Notes under the pieces: generated by a model
Database searches by the model: none
Told to the model about the DNA's origin: nothing
Seen by the model: only the letters and a program-made list of their open reading frames with translations
Part shown: one piece after another, positions 1 to 7,770 of the stretch
How the letters are laid out: every line of letters starts with the position of its first letter
Position numbering within the stretch: position 1 is the stretch's first letter
Assembly (NCBI GenBank): GCA_031372065.1
Contig: JANMKN010000356.1
Location: 1 to 10,442, forward strand
Direction: 5' to 3'
From: Abditibacteriaceae bacterium
GTDB lineage: Bacteria > Armatimonadota > Abditibacteriia > Abditibacteriales > Abditibacteriaceae
DNA: 10,442 nucleotides
Translations under genes and position numbers: made by a program

Positions 1-542
1 AACTCGAAGCCGGGCAAAATTTCGCCTCCGGGCACGATGTCGCCTTCGAGATAAGTGGCAGGTGCCCCATCGGCGCGGCGCACAATGACGGCGCGGCGTT
101 TTGGGTCAACCAGCCAGACCACTTTGGTGCCTGCTTCAAAATACGAACGCACTTTTTCTTCGACTTCCAGCCATTCGTCACCTGGAGAAATCACTTCAAC
201 CGCTAAAGTGGGCGGGCCATCAATGTAGCTGGAAGTGGTAATTCCTTGCAATCGCGCCTGTGCCAGAAATGACACATCGGGTGCCCGCACGAAATCGGGG
301 TCGCCAAACAAGCGGTAACCCGCTTCAACGCTAACTCGTCCTAATCCCTGTTTTCTCACAAAAGCGAGCAAGTGCATGAAAATAATTCCCGCATATTCGC
401 CGTGATCAAAACCAGTTGGCATGAGATGAATCACCTTCCCTGCGACTAATTCGGTGTTCGCCGGTGGCCCGCCAGCATAGAATTCTTCCGCTGTGAGCAG
501 CTTTTCTGCATTTGGGGGAGCCTCTAAAACTGTGGATGACAC
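1..542 (-). CDS. Uma2 family (DUF820) PD-(D/E)xK-like endonuclease; 3' end runs off the window
   Basis: Absent from the ORF track (no stop inside the window); translated by hand from GTG at 542: MSSTVLEAPPNAEKLLTAEEFYAGGPPANTELVAGKVIHLMPTGFDHG...RAPDVSF...DGPPTLAVEVISPGDEWLEVEEKVRSYFEAGTKVVWLVDPKRRAVIV...GEILPGFE. Carries the typical Uma2 motifs (EL.xG, H, PDV, PxLAVEVxSP, WLVDP, LPGF). SD GAGGTG lies 8 nt upstream. Confidence 0.92.
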   Translation of the reverse strand, partial: MSSTVLEAPPNAEKLLTAEEFYAGGPPANTELVAGKVIHLMPTGFDHGEYAGIIFMHLLAFVRKQGLGRVSVEAGYRLFGDPDFVRAPDVSFLAQARLQGITTSSYIDGPPTLAVEVISPGDEWLEVEEKVRSYFEAGTKVVWLVDPKRRAVIVRRADGAPATYLEGDIVPGGEILPGFE

Positions 543-557
543 GATAGATTCACCTCA

Positions 558-1658
558 TTATTCAGCAGTAGCCGGTTCGTTTGCCAAGTCTTCGTTGATG
601 ACGTTCATCAAGATATTCAATTGATCTTCGGGTTTGGCGCGGGCGACGATTTCGCCTTTTTTGAAGATTAAACTGATGCCATCGCCGCCCGCGATGCCGT
701 AATCGGCACTTTTGGCTTCGCCAGGGCCGTTGACCTCGCAGCCCATAACGGCCACCGAAATTGGTTTTCTGATTTTGCTTACGGCATCGGCGACTTGACC
801 CGCCAAAGGCACCACGTCAATGTCGCAGCGGCCACAACTGGGGCAGGAAATCACATTCACACCGCGACGCCGCAGTTCCAGGCCCGCTAAAATGTCCCAA
901 CCGACTTTGACTTCTTCGTCGCACACGCCCGTCAAACTGACGCGCAGCGTGTCGCCGATGCCATCAGCCAAGAGCATTCCCATACCCATCGCCGATTTTA
1001 CGGTTCCCACGCGCGTTAAACCGGCCTCGGTCACGCCCAAATGGAACGGATAATCGCCCAATTCCTGCGCGCCCAGACGATAAGCCGCAACAGTGGTGCG
1101 CACATCGGAGGCTTTCAGCGAGATAATCACATCGCCGAAATCTTCTTTGTCGAAATAACTCAGTTCGCGCTTGGCCGACTCGATTAAAGCGCGCGGCGTC
1201 ATGCCCCATTTGGCTTTGATGTCGGGGTCGAGCGAACCGGCATTAACGCCGATGCGAATTGGCACGCTGCGCTCTTTGGCGGCGCGCACGATGTCGCGGA
1301 TTTTGCCTTCGTTGCGAATGTTGCCGGGGTTGAGGCGCAGCTTGTCCACACCTTGTTCCAGTGCGATCATGGCAAATTTCGCGTTGAAATGAATATCGGC
1401 CACCAAGGGAATTTGAATGTTGAGGCGAATCCATTCCAGCGACCGCGCCGATGATTCGTCGGGCACCGCCACGCGCACCATATCGGCGCCCGCTTGTTGC
1501 GCCTGATGAATTTGCTCAATGGTGGCTTTGGTATCGTCGGTTTTGGTTTTGGTCATGGTCTGCACCGCAATCGGTGCGTCGCCGCCAATCCAAATGTTGC
1601 CAACCTTTACTTTGCGCGTTTTGCGCCGTTCAATGGGAAGAACTTCGTCGAATTTCAT
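558..1658 (-). CDS. ispG: 4-hydroxy-3-methylbut-2-en-1-yl diphosphate synthase (flavodoxin-dependent GcpE)
   Basis: IGGDAPIAVQTMT, PLVADIHF, RLNPGNI, IRIGVNAGSL, YPFHLGVTEAG, GIGDTLRVSLT; 4Fe-4S ligands in SCPSCGRC and MGCEVNGPGE. Follows rseP as in the common dxr-rseP-ispG order. Confidence 0.98.
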   Translation of the reverse strand: MKFDEVLPIERRKTRKVKVGNIWIGGDAPIAVQTMTKTKTDDTKATIEQIHQAQQAGADMVRVAVPDESSARSLEWIRLNIQIPLVADIHFNAKFAMIALEQGVDKLRLNPGNIRNEGKIRDIVRAAKERSVPIRIGVNAGSLDPDIKAKWGMTPRALIESAKRELSYFDKEDFGDVIISLKASDVRTTVAAYRLGAQELGDYPFHLGVTEAGLTRVGTVKSAMGMGMLLADGIGDTLRVSLTGVCDEEVKVGWDILAGLELRRRGVNVISCPSCGRCDIDVVPLAGQVADAVSKIRKPISVAVMGCEVNGPGEAKSADYGIAGGDGISLIFKKGEIVARAKPEDQLNILMNVINEDLANEPATAE

Positions 1659-1683
1659 AATGAGCCTTTAGCTGATAGCTAAT

Positions 1684-2955
1684 TTATCCTCGAAACATCG
1701 GCAACACATCGTGGAAGGTGATGAAAAGCATGAAAGCCAAAAGCAGCACCATGCCAGCCATGTGAACCAAGCCTTCTTTGCGCGGATCGAAGGGCCGTCG
1801 TGCTACCAATTCATAGCCTAAAAACAAGATGCGCCCGCCGTCCAGCGCGGGAAAAGGCAATAGGTTCATCAAGCCAAGGTTGACACTGAGGCCCGCTGCC
1901 ATCAGCAAAACGGGAAGCCAGCCTTTTTCCGATTGACTGCCGATAACTTGCGCAATTTTGACTGGGCCACCCACGTTGCGCTTATCGCTTTTCGACAGAT
2001 TATTCGTCGCCGCGCGACCTAAAATTCCGAAAATGGCCTTGGTGATGCCGTAAGACTGAATCCAACCGAATTCAGCAGCCTGGACAAAACTAACCTTTTC
2101 ATAACCTTTGATGTAATCTTGAAACTGGATGCCAATCATCGGTCTTTTTTCGATCTTGCCGTCTATATCTATTTCGTCCATTACCGGAGTCATACTCAGT
2201 TCCAATTCTTTGTCATTCCGCAAAAGCGTGACTTTCACCGGGCGGCCTTTTGCGGCTTGGATGGCATCGGCAATTTCGCTGTGTTTGTCGCTGCGTTTGC
2301 CATCCACCGCCAAAATCTTGTCACCTGCCTGAATGCCCGCCTTTGATGCTGGCGTGTTGGAAAATACAGACTCAACTATGGTTGAGACATCACCAATCGG
2401 CACGCCGATCAACGAAAAAACGCTTATATAAACCAGAAACGCAAACAGGAAATTCATCAATGGCCCGGCGAACAATGTCATAAAACGCCAGCCTAAACCG
2501 GTGTCTTGAAATTGTCGTTCGCCGCGCGGCACATTTTGGGCCGAAGGGCGCGTTGGATTTTCGAGCATTTCGCCGTGTGCTGTCGCCACCATTTCTTCTT
2601 CGCTGCCCAGACCGGCAATATCCACCATGCCGCCGATGGGCAACGCGCCGATGGAATAATCAATGCCATCGTGACGCTTGGTGTAAATCCACGGCGGGAA
2701 ACCAACCGCGAAACGATTCACTTTCATGCCGGCCCAGCGCGCGAATTGAAAGTGACCCAGTTCGTGAACGAAAACCAGCACACTCAAAACGCCGATAAAA
2801 ACCAGCGTTTTGAACGCCGCTTGTGGAAAGAAAACCGCAAATCCAGCAGCAAGGAACGCAGTCAGAATCCACCATCCGGCCACGCTGCGTGGCGATGCGG
2901 TTTCATCGGCGGTGGCGTTGGGGGTTGATTCGCAAGGTTCGGGATGGTCAGACAT
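1684..2955 (-). CDS. rseP: RIP/M50 intramembrane zinc metalloprotease RseP with one PDZ domain
   Basis: HELGH zinc motif, FAGPLMNF, PDZ segment (TPASKAGIQAGDKILAVDG), GPVKIA, NLLPFPALDGG; located between dxr and ispG. Confidence 0.96.
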   Translation of the reverse strand: MSDHPEPCESTPNATADETASPRSVAGWWILTAFLAAGFAVFFPQAAFKTLVFIGVLSVLVFVHELGHFQFARWAGMKVNRFAVGFPPWIYTKRHDGIDYSIGALPIGGMVDIAGLGSEEEMVATAHGEMLENPTRPSAQNVPRGERQFQDTGLGWRFMTLFAGPLMNFLFAFLVYISVFSLIGVPIGDVSTIVESVFSNTPASKAGIQAGDKILAVDGKRSDKHSEIADAIQAAKGRPVKVTLLRNDKELELSMTPVMDEIDIDGKIEKRPMIGIQFQDYIKGYEKVSFVQAAEFGWIQSYGITKAIFGILGRAATNNLSKSDKRNVGGPVKIAQVIGSQSEKGWLPVLLMAAGLSVNLGLMNLLPFPALDGGRILFLGYELVARRPFDPRKEGLVHMAGMVLLLAFMLFITFHDVLPMFRG

Positions 2956-2982
2956 AATTTTGCTTTCAAAAACGAGGTGCCG

Positions 2983-4143
2983 TTAAGATAATTGTAAAAA
3001 CTCACGCGCTGCGTGGCGTGCCCATTGATCGGCGGCCATCACGTCGGCCAGAGCCGGACGCGCGATGCCCTCGTGTCGTTCCAGCACAGCCGACAGACAA
3101 TCGGTAATGCCATAAAAATTCGTTCTGCCTTCTAAAAAGGCTTGCACTGCGATTTCATTGGCCGCGTTCAACGCGGCGGGAAAGGTGCCGCCTTGTTTCA
3201 TGGCGGCGCGCGCCAAATTCAAAGCTGGAAAACAAGTCGTGTCGGGCGCTTCAAAAGTCAGCGGCCCCATTGTCATCAAATTGAGTTCCGGCGCGGCGCC
3301 AATTTCGCGGTTAGGATGCAAAAGCGCCCACTGAATCGGCAAGCGCATATCAGGCACACCGAGTTGGGCTTTCACGCTGTTATCGGAAAATGTCACAAAC
3401 GAATGCACAATGCTTTGCCGATGCACCACCACATCAATATTGCCCATCGGCACACCAAAAAGCCAGTGCGCCTCGATCATTTCGAGGCCTTTATTCATCA
3501 AAGTTGCTGAATCAATGGTGATTTTTTGGCCCATTGTCCATGTCGGATGCTTCAAGGCGGCGCTGGCGGGCGCGACGGCGATTTCTTCGCGCGATTTTCC
3601 GGCAAAAGGCCCGCCGGATGCGGTAATTGTCAGGCGCGCCACGCTTTTTGCTTCTTCGCCCGTCAAACATTGCGCAATAGCCGAATGTTCGCTGTCTACG
3701 GGCAAAAGCGCCACGCCACGTTCGCGCGCTTTTTGCAGCACGATTTCGCCCGCCGCAACCAAGGTTTCCTTGTTGGCAATCGCGATGTCTTTGCCCGATT
3801 CGATGGCGGCTAAAGTTGGCCCCAACCCCGCCGCGCCCAGCATGGCGCCGAGCGCTAATTTTGCCGAAGGATGCGCAGCCACTTCTAAAACACCTTGCGC
3901 GCCGCCGACAATTTTTGTCGGCCCCGAAATCATTTCGCGCAGCCGCTGCGCCGCCTTTTCATCGGCTAATGCGGCAATTTCAGGCTGGCATTCTTGCACT
4001 TGCTTGGCGAAGAGTTCGAGGTTGGAACCGGCGGCGAGACCGACCACGCGCAAGCGATGCGGCAAGGCCCGCGCGACTTCGAGCGCCTGACATCCGATGC
4101 TGCCCGTGCTGCCTAAAATTACAATGGGTTTTGGCTCACTCAT
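2983..4143 (-). CDS. dxr: 1-deoxy-D-xylulose-5-phosphate reductoisomerase
   Basis: LGSTGSIG NADPH motif, ANKETLV, LPVDSEHSAI, TASGGPF, HPTWTMGQKITIDSATLMNKGLEMIEA, PDMRLPI, NAANE. Confidence 0.98.
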   Translation of the reverse strand: MSEPKPIVILGSTGSIGCQALEVARALPHRLRVVGLAAGSNLELFAKQVQECQPEIAALADEKAAQRLREMISGPTKIVGGAQGVLEVAAHPSAKLALGAMLGAAGLGPTLAAIESGKDIAIANKETLVAAGEIVLQKARERGVALLPVDSEHSAIAQCLTGEEAKSVARLTITASGGPFAGKSREEIAVAPASAALKHPTWTMGQKITIDSATLMNKGLEMIEAHWLFGVPMGNIDVVVHRQSIVHSFVTFSDNSVKAQLGVPDMRLPIQWALLHPNREIGAAPELNLMTMGPLTFEAPDTTCFPALNLARAAMKQGGTFPAALNAANEIAVQAFLEGRTNFYGITDCLSAVLERHEGIARPALADVMAADQWARHAAREFLQLS

Positions 4144-4162
4144 GCCTGCGGAGGTGGAGAAA

Positions 4163-4957
4163 TTAAGGATTTGGCGCTTGATTGGCAGTTTCGATGTTGG
4201 CAGAAGCGGGCGATGTCAGATTGCCCAGCAAATTACCGGAGTTGCGGCCAAAAAAAATCAGCAAGCCGCCCAGAATCAGCAAGGGCACAAAGCGATCCAG
4301 TAACGTGCCGCGTCGGGGAATCAGCCAGCGTTGGCTGATTATTATGGGCTGCGCGTTGGGTTCGGCACGAGCGCTACTCAAATCAAAACTCGGTGTGCTT
4401 GCAAGCGATTTGGTTTCTTGTTTCGCATCGGCTGGATTGGGCGCAGGAGGCGAAAAAGTTTCTCGCGCTTTCCAAATAGCAAAGGCCAGCGCTACGCAAA
4501 TCGCTTTAGCGACAACAGATGTTTCGAGTGTTAGCAATCCAGCCAAGGCTCCCATGATTAAGGCGCCGAAAGCTGTCGTAAAATAACCGATGAGTGGGGC
4601 TGGTTTTAAAGTCTTAAAAACGCCGCTGAAAGCACTAAGAGTTGCGATGGCAATCATCAGGGAAGCCATCATCAAACCGATGGACATGACCAGCAAAGAG
4701 AAATCCGAGCCATTACGACCCCGAAAGTAAATAAAACCGCCGATAGAAAGCGCCAGTGCCGTGGAAAGTGATTCCTGCGTCCAAAAATGGCGTTTTGATA
4801 GGGAGTCGCTCCATTCTTGAGCGGCAACGTAAAGGGCCGCGCCACAAGCCAACAAAAACGCCGCGCCGTGCAAGGCCGGAATCGCCGTGTCCAAACCCAA
4901 ACCTAACAGTAAAAGGCCGAAAAGGAGGGCGTCGAAAAGTCCATTTGATACAACCAT
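4163..4957 (-). CDS. Polytopic membrane protein in the cdsA position; possible highly diverged or catalytically degenerate CdsA-like protein
   Basis: 264 aa, co-oriented and filling the uppS-dxr gap; several hydrophobic segments. AAQEW (aa 45-49) and LIPRRGTLLDRFV (aa 212-224) echo CdsA, but there is no SPxKTxEG or GDLxESxxKRxxxxKD. The CDS is well supported; the function is uncertain. Confidence 0.75.
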   Translation of the reverse strand: MVVSNGLFDALLFGLLLLGLGLDTAIPALHGAAFLLACGAALYVAAQEWSDSLSKRHFWTQESLSTALALSIGGFIYFRGRNGSDFSLLVMSIGLMMASLMIAIATLSAFSGVFKTLKPAPLIGYFTTAFGALIMGALAGLLTLETSVVAKAICVALAFAIWKARETFSPPAPNPADAKQETKSLASTPSFDLSSARAEPNAQPIIISQRWLIPRRGTLLDRFVPLLILGGLLIFFGRNSGNLLGNLTSPASANIETANQAPNP

Positions 4958-4991
4958 GATAATTCAGGATAACAAAACTCTTAACTGCCGT

Positions 4992-5765
4992 TTAGTCTTT
5001 CACTCCTCCGAATCGCCGTTCGCGGGTGCCGAATTCGGCGATGGCGCGGCGCAATTCTACTGGGCTAAAATCGGGCCAAAGTGTGGGAGTAACCCATAAT
5101 TCAGCGTAGGCGATTTGCCACGGCAAAAAGTTAGAAATGCGCATTTCGCCGCCGGTGCGGATCATTAAATCGGGTTCGGGCTGACCGGCAGTATAAAGTG
5201 CGTTGCTAATGTCGGCTTCGGTGAGGTTTTCAATTTTCAAGGCGCCGGATTGCACTTGTTGCATGAGCGTGCGAAAGGCATCGGTCAACTCGGCGCGTCC
5301 GCCGTAATTTAGTGCCAGATTCAAGATTAAGCCGTTGTTTTGTCGGGTCAAATCAGCGCAAACGTCCAATTGGCGCAACAAATGGTCGGGCAAACCTTCC
5401 CGACGCCCGATGTGGCGCACTTGCACGTTGTTGGCAATCATTTCGGGCAACTCATTTTTGAGATTGCGTGTAATCAAGCGCAAAAGGGCCGAGACTTCCG
5501 AGGAAGGTCGTTTCCAATTTTCGGTGGAAAAGGTGTAAAGCGTCAGCGCCGGAATATGCAAATTGACGCATTCTTGAATAATGTCGCGCGTTGTTCGAGC
5601 GCCGACGCTATGGCCGCGAATCACCATGAAACCGCGCTGTTTGGCCCAACGCCGGTTGCCATCCATGATAATAGCAATATGTTGCGGCAGTTTTTGCGGG
5701 TCAAGTTTGGGCAATTCGGTGGGCATATCGGCTGCAACAGAGCGTGTGCGGGTTAATGACGGCAT
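4992..5765 (-). CDS. uppS: Undecaprenyl diphosphate synthase (cis-isoprenyltransferase)
   Basis: PQHIAIIMDGNRRWA, TLYTFSTENWKRP, LNLALNYGGRAE, PDLMIRTGGEMRISNFLPWQIAYAEL, WPDF, RERRFGG. The true start could be the second Met (MPTELPK); neither start has a clear SD. Confidence 0.98.
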   Translation of the reverse strand: MPSLTRTRSVAADMPTELPKLDPQKLPQHIAIIMDGNRRWAKQRGFMVIRGHSVGARTTRDIIQECVNLHIPALTLYTFSTENWKRPSSEVSALLRLITRNLKNELPEMIANNVQVRHIGRREGLPDHLLRQLDVCADLTRQNNGLILNLALNYGGRAELTDAFRTLMQQVQSGALKIENLTEADISNALYTAGQPEPDLMIRTGGEMRISNFLPWQIAYAELWVTPTLWPDFSPVELRRAIAEFGTRERRFGGVKD

Positions 5766-5809
5766 AATGTGAGGAATTTATTAATCAATCAGTTGGTGAG
5801 GGTGGCGCT

Positions 5810-6004
5810 TTAGTCAGACAATTGTTCGCGGGCGGCGTCAATTTCATAAACGCCATCTTCTGACACCCGGCAACGCAAAACGCGCCACTCGCCGGTGGCT
5901 TTCTCCGCATGAGGAGGCAGTGTTTCGCGCACGGCGATTTTTTCAATGCCTTGCGAGGCCAAAATAGCGCGGGCGATTTCCAATTTCAGGCCAATGAGAT
6001 TCAT
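5810..6004 (-). CDS. Small hypothetical protein (64 aa), PASTA-domain-like N-terminus
   Basis: Fills the frr-uppS gap on the operon strand, ATG start with GGAAA upstream. NLIGLKLEIARAILASQGI resembles the PASTA pattern (P)xLxGxxxxxAxxxLxxxG. No signal peptide or TM segment is visible. Confidence 0.7.
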   Translation of the reverse strand: MNLIGLKLEIARAILASQGIEKIAVRETLPPHAEKATGEWRVLRCRVSEDGVYEIDAAREQLSD

Positions 6005-6045
6005 GGTTTCCGAATGCCAAAGGCCTGAAACCTAAGACCAACTGA

Positions 6046-6603
6046 CTAAACTTCCAGAATGTCGGCTTCTTTTGCGACGCGCAGTTTGTCGGCGTCCACA
6101 ATAATGCGGTCAGTGATTTTTTGCACTTCGCCTTCATAGCGCGCCAATTCGTCTTTGCTGAGGAAGCCGTCTTTTTCCATTTTTTTGAGTTCGTCATTGG
6201 CATCGCGGCGAATGTTGCGAATCGCGATTTTGTGCGCTTCGGTTTTCTTGCCGGCGGTTTTTACCATGTCTTTGCGACGCTCTTCGTTCAGCGTGGGCAC
6301 GGAAACGCGCACACTATCGCCATCTTTGATGGCTTGCATTCCTAAATCGCTTTTGGAAATTGCGCTGGTGATGGCACCGGACAAAGATTTGTCCCACGGC
6401 ACGATGACCAATTGACGCGGATCGGGTGCGGAAATATTGGCGACTTGTTTCAGCGGCGTGGGTGTGCCGTAGTAATCCACAGTGACGCGATCCAGTAAGC
6501 CGGGATTGGCGCGTCCGGTGCGCAGCGTTCCCAGATCATTTTCCAAGTCTTGCAATGTGGTTTTCATGCGCCGTTCCATCTCGGCGAGAACTTGTTTTGG
6601 CAT
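6046..6603 (-). CDS. frr: Ribosome recycling factor
   Basis: LRTGRANPGLLD, VDYYGTPTPLKQVA, PTLNEERRKDMVK, AIRNIRRDAN. Start reassigned to ATG at 6603 (185 aa, AAGGAG 7 nt upstream) rather than the track's TTG at 6621. Confidence 0.98.
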   Translation of the reverse strand: MPKQVLAEMERRMKTTLQDLENDLGTLRTGRANPGLLDRVTVDYYGTPTPLKQVANISAPDPRQLVIVPWDKSLSGAITSAISKSDLGMQAIKDGDSVRVSVPTLNEERRKDMVKTAGKKTEAHKIAIRNIRRDANDELKKMEKDGFLSKDELARYEGEVQKITDRIIVDADKLRVAKEADILEV

Positions 6604-6610
6604 AAAGCGA

Positions 6611-6616
6611 CTCCTT
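6611..6616 (-). promoter_or_regulatory. Shine-Dalgarno sequence of frr (AAGGAG)
   Basis: Minus strand reads AAGGAG-tcgcttt-ATG. Confidence 0.85.
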
Positions 6617-6664
6617 GGCAAACTCCTTCAAAAGGAGCGTGATTGTTCAATTTTGGCGCGATGC

Positions 6665-6693
6665 ATCTTATCAAAGCCGCGCTTTAAGTTCAA
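6665..6693 (-). promoter_or_regulatory. Putative sigma70-type promoter for the frr operon
   Basis: Minus strand: TTGAAC (6693-6688), 17-nt spacer, TAAGAT (6670-6665) preceded by TGn (extended -10). Predicts a start near 6658 and a ~55-nt leader. Confidence 0.55.
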
Positions 6694-6696
6694 AGT

Positions 6697-7665
6697 TCAG
6701 CGTAAACCCAAGCCCAGTTCCTCACGACAAAAACGCAAACTGCGCTCCAGTTCCGCTTTTTGATAATCGGCGTTGTTGGCTTCGCCCGCCGAAAGCACGC
6801 GACCTTTCCACGAAAGCGCCATAAAACGCGAGTAATCTACGGCGCGAACATCTTCGTAAGGTGCCCAGAATTCAACGTCGTAACAGGCAAAAGCGCGCGA
6901 GAAACCTGAAATAATCTCCAATTGGCACGGCACATCAGGGCAAACTTGCGCGAATAAATCGAAATACGCGTTCCAATCCACCACACCTTCGCCCATGGCC
7001 GTCCATTGCACAACAGGGCCGTGGTCGTCGCGCCAGACCATCGAATCGCGGATGCCCGTTGAAACGGCATAAGGGCCGAGAATTTCGAGATTGCGCAACG
7101 GGTCTTCCAATGTCCACGTTGCGTTGCCGGAATCAAGCGTAGCGCCGACATAATCCGGCCCGGCTTCTTCGATAAGTTGCACTAATTCGCGCGCTTGCAT
7201 ATCGCCCGCGTGATTCTCGATGGCAATTGTGACGCCACTGTCAACCGACAAATCACGCACGGCGCGGCATATTTCAATCGTGTCTTTCATGCGCGCCTGA
7301 ATGCCGCCTTCGCTCGAACGATCATCGGAATTGCCCAAATAACAGCGCGCCACCGGGGAACTGAGCGCTTTAGCCACGCGAATGGTCAGCGAAAGATGTT
7401 CGACGGCATCGCCCCATTTGTCGTTATAAATCTTAGAAGTTGGGCAAATGCTGCCTGTTCCGGCGTGAATTTTTAAGCCGAGGTCATCAGCCTTTTGTTT
7501 CACATCGCGCAGATGGTTGTCGTCGTGGCTCTCGTAAACATCAAGGTCGGAGAACAAAATCGTGTCACAGTTTTGCGCGGCGGCGTAATCCAGCAGTTGA
7601 GGAGCTTTCCAGCCGCAGGCGCGAATGGAAAAGTTGTCGAAGCCCAGAGGAATATTGCGTTTCAT
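6697..7665 (-). CDS. Sugar phosphate isomerase/epimerase family protein (xylose isomerase-like / AP endonuclease 2 TIM barrel)
   Basis: [32 protein letters not shown] fit the family's E/D/E metal-ligand pattern. Start set at ATG 7665 (MKRNIPLG, 322 aa, GGAAG upstream); the track's extra 60 aa come from intergenic and repeat DNA. Confidence 0.88.
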   Translation of the reverse strand: MKRNIPLGFDNFSIRACGWKAPQLLDYAAAQNCDTILFSDLDVYESHDDNHLRDVKQKADDLGLKIHAGTGSICPTSKIYNDKWGDAVEHLSLTIRVAKALSSPVARCYLGNSDDRSSEGGIQARMKDTIEICRAVRDLSVDSGVTIAIENHAGDMQARELVQLIEEAGPDYVGATLDSGNATWTLEDPLRNLEILGPYAVSTGIRDSMVWRDDHGPVVQWTAMGEGVVDWNAYFDLFAQVCPDVPCQLEIISGFSRAFACYDVEFWAPYEDVRAVDYSRFMALSWKGRVLSAGEANNADYQKAELERSLRFCREELGLGLR

Positions 7666-7770
7666 GTTTGTTTCTTCCAAAAAGGGTAACGCGCCCGCCA
7701 CCTTTTTGCACCTAAAGAGCGCTAAGTAGACTTCTTGCATCGGTGGATTGAGCGGGCAGAGCGCCGAAAA

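Noticed and set aside
1669..1681. Short 7-bp-period repeats in intergenic gaps (TAGCTGATAGCTA; also AAGTTCAAAGTTCA at 6686-6699)
   Set aside because: Only two copies each and too short to distinguish from chance.
3410..4090. 226-aa plus-strand ORF
   Set aside because: Antisense shadow of dxr, Ala/Ser/Pro-rich with no recognisable motif. The same applies to the other short antisense or out-of-frame ORFs inside ispG, rseP, uppS, frr and the membrane gene.
4150..4158. Strong SD-like GGAGGTGGA on the plus strand just upstream of the dxr start (CACCUCC on the mRNA)
   Set aside because: No suitably spaced start codon or credible ORF on the plus strand, and no clear pairing partner on the mRNA; probably chance.
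4163..4957. Annotating this ORF as a functional cdsA or as a pseudogene
   Set aside because: The catalytic signature is missing, so the gene symbol is not justified; the frame is intact and full-length, so pseudogene is not supported either.
6604..6621. TTG start for frr (191 aa)
   Set aside because: The upstream AAGGAG is only 1 nt from this TTG; the ATG at 6603 has normal SD spacing and gives the typical 185-aa length.
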